In this document: positions 6,869 to 11,208 of the stretch, piece after piece
Layout: each line of letters begins with the position of its first letter
How positions within the stretch are numbered: position 1 is the first letter of the stretch
Notes under the pieces: generated by a model
Seen by the model: only the letters and a program-made list of their open reading frames with translations
Databases searched by the model: none
Told to the model about the DNA's origin: nothing
Source: Candidatus Heimdallarchaeota archaeon
GTDB taxonomy: Archaea > Asgardarchaeota > Heimdallarchaeia > Heimdallarchaeales > Kariarchaeaceae
Reading direction: 5' to 3'
NCBI GenBank assembly: GCA_015523565.1
Contig: WAKA01000119.1
Location: 1-11,208 of the forward strand
DNA length: 11,208 bases
Made by a program: the position numbers and the translations under genes

Positions 6869-8083
6869 ATGAAAAATCAAGCAATATGTCTAATTATTTT
6901 CATATCCCTCTTCATGCTTCCAAGTCCCAAACTTGCCCAAAATGATTTTAAGGACTTTTATGACTTCCTTGACCGTTTTGAGACGGAAGGAACGAATCAG
7001 ACGCAACTCATTGAGGACTACATTCAATGGCAGGAAGAATATGGATTTCCTGCGATTGTCAATAATACCCATGCCGTGTTCATTTATTACGCAGGTCAAA
7101 ACCATATCGGCAGTGCACAAATTGCAGGTGATTTCAACAGTTGGAACCCTGAAGACATGATAAGGTTGGGAAGTTTCAATTTTTTCTATTTTCCACTCAA
7201 TGCGGAAGCAACAGCTCGGCTTGATTACAAGTTCATAGTGGACGGTAATTGGATATTGGACCCAAGGAATCCCCACACAGTCCCAGGTGGATTTGGAGAC
7301 AATTCTGAACTGGCTATGCCTGAATTTATCCAACCAACAGAAATCATTTACAGAAAAAACATTGACCATGGAAACTTGACATTCATAAAGACTGAATTCA
7401 AAAGTGCAAATCCAGGGCTTACTGTTTATTTGCCTCCAAACTTTCAAAACAATAATTCATACCCGACAGCATATTTCACAGACGGAAGTGAATATCTTTC
7501 ATTGGCCTATTCAGCGACAATTCTGGACAATTTGATTCATGATGGTAAAATCAAGCCAATTATTGGAATTTTTGTGGATCCATGGGGACAAAGACATGAA
7601 TGGTATAATTGCAGTTCCATGAAATATTTGGAATATTTGGATGAACTTGTATCTTTTATTGACAACCGATATCCTACAATTGCCAACAGAACTGAACGGC
7701 TTCATTTAGGAGATTCATTGGGAGGACAAATATCTGCCTTTGTCGGTCTGCAAAGAAATAACCTCTTCAAGAATATTGGAATGCAGTCTGGTGCATTCTG
7801 GGATGGAGACACGTCATTGGGGAGGATTGGATGTCAAATAAAGGATCAATACAAAAATGCATCCTCAAACTTGAATCTTTCCATGTGGTTTACCGCGGGA
7901 ACGTATGAACAAACCATTTATGAGGATACACAAGCAATGGTGCAAATTGCCAAAGAAAAGAACTGGATTACCAATGTTACCTATTACCATGAAGGCCATT
8001 CATGGGGATTATGGAGACATACCTTGGATGAGATGCTTGAGTTTTTCTTTCCAATGGTCAAAGAGCCAACCATTTTCATCTAA
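6869..8083 (+). CDS. Exported alpha/beta-hydrolase esterase (Fes/CE1-like) with an N-terminal CBM48/E-set-like domain; C-terminal anchor continues in the +1 frame
   Basis: Signal peptide MKNQAICLIIFISLFMLPSPKLA and a CBM48/AMPK-beta-like segment (IAGDFNSWNP..YKFIVDGNWILDPRNP). Esterase motifs are VYLPP, YPTAYFTDG, nucleophile elbow GDS283LGG, QSGAFW and EGHSW. Nine N-X-S/T sequons were counted. Confidence 0.9.
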   Translation: MKNQAICLIIFISLFMLPSPKLAQNDFKDFYDFLDRFETEGTNQTQLIEDYIQWQEEYGFPAIVNNTHAVFIYYAGQNHIGSAQIAGDFNSWNPEDMIRLGSFNFFYFPLNAEATARLDYKFIVDGNWILDPRNPHTVPGGFGDNSELAMPEFIQPTEIIYRKNIDHGNLTFIKTEFKSANPGLTVYLPPNFQNNNSYPTAYFTDGSEYLSLAYSATILDNLIHDGKIKPIIGIFVDPWGQRHEWYNCSSMKYLEYLDELVSFIDNRYPTIANRTERLHLGDSLGGQISAFVGLQRNNLFKNIGMQSGAFWDGDTSLGRIGCQIKDQYKNASSNLNLSMWFTAGTYEQTIYEDTQAMVQIAKEKNWITNVTYYHEGHSWGLWRHTLDEMLEFFFPMVKEPTIFI

Positions 8084-8279
8084 CTCATCAACTCCAGAAC
8101 CGTCAACCTTTGCCACAACAGAAACAAGTACATCGATCACCACCTTTACATCAACAAATCAATCAGAAACAAGTACTTCTACAAACGAAAGCCCTTTAAC
8201 TCATGTACCAATAATTCTTGGGATTTTAATTACCAGATACCGAAAAAGATTCAAAAAGGTTCATTTGAATTCACGATAA
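8077..8279 (+). other. Frameshifted C-terminal extension of the esterase: Ser/Thr-rich linker, short hydrophobic segment and basic tail
   Basis: The +1 frame reads SSNSSTPEPSTFATTETSTSITTFTSTNQSETSTSTNESPLTHVPIILGILITRYRKRFKKVHLNSR*. Removing one T from the T4 run at 8073-8076 fuses it to the esterase as ..KEPTISSNSSTPEP.., giving 469 aa. Confidence 0.8.
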
Positions 8280-9130
8280 TCAAAAAATTCCTCGTCATCA
8301 TCATCTTCATCGTCATCTTCACCCATTAGGTGATCTGAGATAATGTCCAAATCATCAGGATCCATATCTGAAATGGTCTCGATTATATCCTGTATTCTCC
8401 TGTTTCCAGAAAAGGAGATAAGACCTCTCAAAAATTCCCAATCAAAAGTTACAAGCCTGTCCTTGTTTGGAATTTTAATGTTAGTGAACTTTTCAATTTC
8501 CCGTAACCCAATCAATGCTGATTCAGGATCCTCATCAAAATTGCAATAGATCAACAAGCCAAGAACTTTTAGGTTCAATGATGTTCCGATTGACAGGAAG
8601 GTAGCCAATGGACCGATCATAGTTAATTTCTCTTCCATTGAAGGGGCAATTCCATGTGATTTGGTAAACGCAGGAGTCGGTGCATATGCAACCCAATCTG
8701 TTGAAGTGGCTGATCTAGTCTCTTCCCGCAACCCTGCAATTATGTAATATGCCTTGCATCCCCAAGAAAGCACTTCCAAAGTCATTTCCTCCCATTCCTC
8801 ATGGGGAACATGGGTCACATGAAACGGGTATCTGGAAACTAAAAGGAGTGTTTTACTTTCATGGTGTGCATAAAGTGTGACAATTGATTCCAATCTCCCT
8901 TTATAGTACCAGATTGTTTTTCCCCACATCCCGATTGTTTCAAGCTCTAACTGCTCTACCAAATGATTGACTGAAAGAAACCCCACATTTCCATAACCAG
9001 AAAAACCAATAAGGACTTGATAATCTCTTGGAATTTTTCCTTTCAACATCTTAAAGTAGTTTCCAACTATCTCATTGCGTAAATTAATGTCTTCAGAAAT
9101 ATTTTTGTCTGTAAGAGAGTTACTAGACAC
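8261..9130 (-). CDS. PAC2 (proteasome assembly chaperone) family protein with an acidic C-terminal tail, 289 aa
   Basis: N-terminal signature LIGFSGYGNVGFLSVNHLVEQLELETIG, then IIAGL, IGPLATFL and DPESALIGLREIEK. GTG start, with TTTTAATA (9159-9152) 21 nt upstream. Confidence 0.85.
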   Translation of the reverse strand: MSSNSLTDKNISEDINLRNEIVGNYFKMLKGKIPRDYQVLIGFSGYGNVGFLSVNHLVEQLELETIGMWGKTIWYYKGRLESIVTLYAHHESKTLLLVSRYPFHVTHVPHEEWEEMTLEVLSWGCKAYYIIAGLREETRSATSTDWVAYAPTPAFTKSHGIAPSMEEKLTMIGPLATFLSIGTSLNLKVLGLLIYCNFDEDPESALIGLREIEKFTNIKIPNKDRLVTFDWEFLRGLISFSGNRRIQDIIETISDMDPDDLDIISDHLMGEDDDEDDDDEEFFDYREFK

Positions 9131-9351
9131 ACTTCAAGGTGATTTGTAAGATATTAAAATGCTCTAATCTTTTCTCGTCAAAAAAAAACATTCTAATAAA
9201 AAATGATAGGTAAAATCCATAACACGAAATTCAACATAAAGATTCCGTAATACATTTTCCTTATATGAACTGTTTCTTGTTGAACCAATCCTAAATTTAC
9301 TTACTATAATGTAAAAATCAAAAAGGATAAAAGAAAGAATTGAAAAGTCAC

Positions 9352-10398
9352 ATGATGAATACGGCATTTCCATTCCAAAATCGATTGCTTGTAGAGTTGG
9401 TTCATCCCTCTTCATTAATTCAAGATAAGGAAACAGAAGTAACCTACAGAGACCCATTTGGTCGGTTAAATCATTTGAAAAACGCACTGTATCCGTTCCA
9501 TTTTAATTATTTTGAATTTTTATGGAAATGGCTGGGTCGTTTGTTTCCAATTGGAAAAAAAAACACGTTATTCGAAAAAGTGTCATTCCTTGAAAATTTT
9601 CGTAAACCACTAAAGAATTTATTTGAATGGACAGATAATCTAGATTGCAAGCTGTCTGAGGAAAAATTGTCCCAGCTCAAGGAAATCACCATGTCCTTGA
9701 GATCCAAGCTTGATATGTTTGAAAATGAAGAAGTAGTAGTTCATTTGCCGTTTGAGGATTATATCGAAACTACTTTGACTCAAAAACATCCATATGCATT
9801 ATTTACTCCAATTTTTTTTGATGGACGTTGCCCAAACCTGTTAGACAGCATTATGGATGACCTTGTTCTCATGCAATTGAAAAAGATCTGTTCTGACCTT
9901 GAAATAATTTGCAATTTAGGGCTCCCACAAACATTCCCCTGTAAACCAGACATTCCTTTTTATTTTCAATTCAATAGAATTTTGTATTATTTAAATTGTT
10001 TCCATAAAACAAAAACATTGAAAGAAATCATCCTCGATAAATGGAAATTTGAAATTGAAAAGAAATCATATTTAATGGAAGAAGATGCAGAGATCATATT
10101 TGAAAGAATTGTGACGGTTAATTTGGATAATAAGGATATCTCTCATGAAAGTATGGAACAACATTTTTTTGAAAAGGTTGGGCGTGTTGTCGATCAAGTA
10201 ATTGATCAGTTTGGAGGAATCACGCTCCACTCACTTCTTGGGTTATTTCCTTCTGTAATAGAGAATACACATACAGAACAAGGCAACCTATGGAAAGTGT
10301 ATAACTTGAAAAAAGGAATTCTGCTTAATCCTGAAAAAAACGAGTATTCATATTATGAAATTGAATTCAAACAGCCCTTTAGAATGGTATTTGGATAA
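9352..10398 (+). CDS. Hypothetical soluble protein, about 348 aa
   Basis: An ORF of more than 1 kb in AT-rich DNA fills the gap between neighbours. No recognisable motif, signal peptide or TM segment. The start is uncertain (TTG 9340, ATG 9352 or ATG 9355). Confidence 0.75.
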   Translation: MMNTAFPFQNRLLVELVHPSSLIQDKETEVTYRDPFGRLNHLKNALYPFHFNYFEFLWKWLGRLFPIGKKNTLFEKVSFLENFRKPLKNLFEWTDNLDCKLSEEKLSQLKEITMSLRSKLDMFENEEVVVHLPFEDYIETTLTQKHPYALFTPIFFDGRCPNLLDSIMDDLVLMQLKKICSDLEIICNLGLPQTFPCKPDIPFYFQFNRILYYLNCFHKTKTLKEIILDKWKFEIEKKSYLMEEDAEIIFERIVTVNLDNKDISHESMEQHFFEKVGRVVDQVIDQFGGITLHSLLGLFPSVIENTHTEQGNLWKVYNLKKGILLNPEKNEYSYYEIEFKQPFRMVFG

Positions 10399-10403
10399 AA
10401 TTA

Positions 10404-11208
10404 TTACAACGGAAGCAAGATAGCAGACAAGACTTGCCAAATTATTTGGGATAGGATAAGGCTCATTACACCTGTAAGTCCACTAGCAAGTGCTGCACCA
10501 ATTAAAATTTTGCCCATTATTCCTTTAAGCAGATTGACTGGTTCTTTCCAATTTGTTTCTTCATAAGTCTTGACTGAAATCGCCAAATTTATTTCAAAAA
10601 ATTCCAATAAATATTGACCTACTTTGCTAATCATGAATAGAGGAATTTCAAGACTCTCTTGTCCTAGCAATTCTGCCATATCAGAAGCATCCTCAAGAAT
10701 GGCAAATAATGCAGAAGCGACAATTGTCATGCCAGTAGTCAAAAACTTGGTTTTGATTTCAGTCTTATGGGTTTCATCAATTAATAGAAAACCGTATTCT
10801 TTAATAGCATAAATTGACAAATCTGTTAAGCCAGCATATGTTTTAATTATCCATGCAGCAAGGTTTACTGCAATAATTACCGCTGCAACAGTCAAAAGGT
10901 ACTGTTTTATGATGGATTTTAGAAGTCCATCATCATCTCCTTTCTTTTTAGCGGACTCATACATCTGATTGCTTGCAGTTTTTGTCATCTTTTCAGCGGC
11001 GATAGATCGACCTAAGTCTTCAACTGACAAAGCATCTAATTCACCGTTTGTAGTTACAATAGTTGTTTTTGCGCTTGAAACTTCACTCGGTTTTACTTCA
11101 TGTTTCTTCCACCTATTATTTTCCTTATTTTTGAATACTATTTGGATAATTGAATCTCCCAATTTACTTTTTAGTCCTTTCAATCTTCCAAATATTGCTG
11201 TTTTTTGG
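10404..11208 (-). CDS. C-terminal part of a hypothetical membrane-associated protein; start probably lies outside the window
   Basis: The frame stays open beyond the track's TTG 11183 up to the edge (QKTAIFGRLKGLKSK..). Hydrophobic stretches are YLLTVAAVIIAVNLAAWII, FLTTGMTIVASALFAIL and a long terminal ILIGAALASGLTGVMSLILSQIIWQVLSAILLPL*. Confidence 0.75.
   Translation of the reverse strand, partial: QKTAIFGRLKGLKSKLGDSIIQIVFKNKENNRWKKHEVKPSEVSSAKTTIVTTNGELDALSVEDLGRSIAAEKMTKTASNQMYESAKKKGDDDGLLKSIIKQYLLTVAAVIIAVNLAAWIIKTYAGLTDLSIYAIKEYGFLLIDETHKTEIKTKFLTTGMTIVASALFAILEDASDMAELLGQESLEIPLFMISKVGQYLLEFFEINLAISVKTYEETNWKEPVNLLKGIMGKILIGAALASGLTGVMSLILSQIIWQVLSAILLPL

Noticed and set aside
4687-7705. 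Multiple minus-strand ORFs (including the 185-aa 6890-7447) and plus-strand 6933-7160
   Set aside because: They lie wholly inside the acylase or esterase and are typical antisense or off-frame shadows.
2951-8083. Siderophore-piracy module (PvdQ-like acylase + Fes-like esterase + flavin reductase)
   Set aside because: There is no iron transporter or regulator, the genes appear separately promoted, and the predicted locations differ. CBM48-fused esterases are better precedented as carbohydrate esterases.
7905-8279. Track ORF 7905-8279 as an independent 124-aa gene
   Set aside because: Its first half overlaps the esterase catalytic His region out of frame. Only the part after about 8076 looks coding, as the esterase tail.
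8291-8320. (TCA/TCG/TCT)n trinucleotide-like repeat
   Set aside because: It simply encodes the Asp/Glu run of the PAC2 tail.
10387-10398. Orphan protein ends V-F-G, resembling an HbYX variant next to a PAC2 gene
   Set aside because: A three-residue match with Phe instead of Tyr is too weak without conservation data.
8343-10812. ORFs 8343-8549, 9164-9487, 9507-9707 and 10624-10812
   Set aside because: They are antisense to longer, better-supported CDSs. 9164-9487 also spans the divergent promoter region of PAC2 and the orphan.

Overview
An AT-rich, gene-dense window that is most likely archaeal. The evidence is a PAC2-family gene, a GGTGA Shine-Dalgarno (SD) and TATA-like boxes 20-23 nt upstream of most start codons. 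A Ser/Thr-linker plus hydrophobic/basic C-terminal tail is reminiscent of Asgard/Heimdallarchaeia surface proteins (inference only). From left to right: (1) a secreted modular subtilisin (S8) running off the left edge, missed by the ORF track; (2) a 460-bp intergenic region with a candidate structured leader and a MITE-like inverted-repeat element; (3) a divergent nitroreductase / NADPH-dependent FMN reductase pair; (4) a Bax inhibitor-1/YccA membrane protein; (5) a penicillin-acylase-family (S45) Ntn hydrolase; (6) an exported CBM48-like + esterase whose C-terminal anchor lies in the +1 frame; (7) a PAC2-family protein with an acidic tail; (8) two convergent, compositionally distinct genes of unknown function, the last cut by the right edge. 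No rRNA, tRNA, CRISPR array or transposase was seen. The best leads are the frameshift-separated anchor, the SD/anti-SD leader of the protease, the MITE-like element and the orphan pair at the right end.
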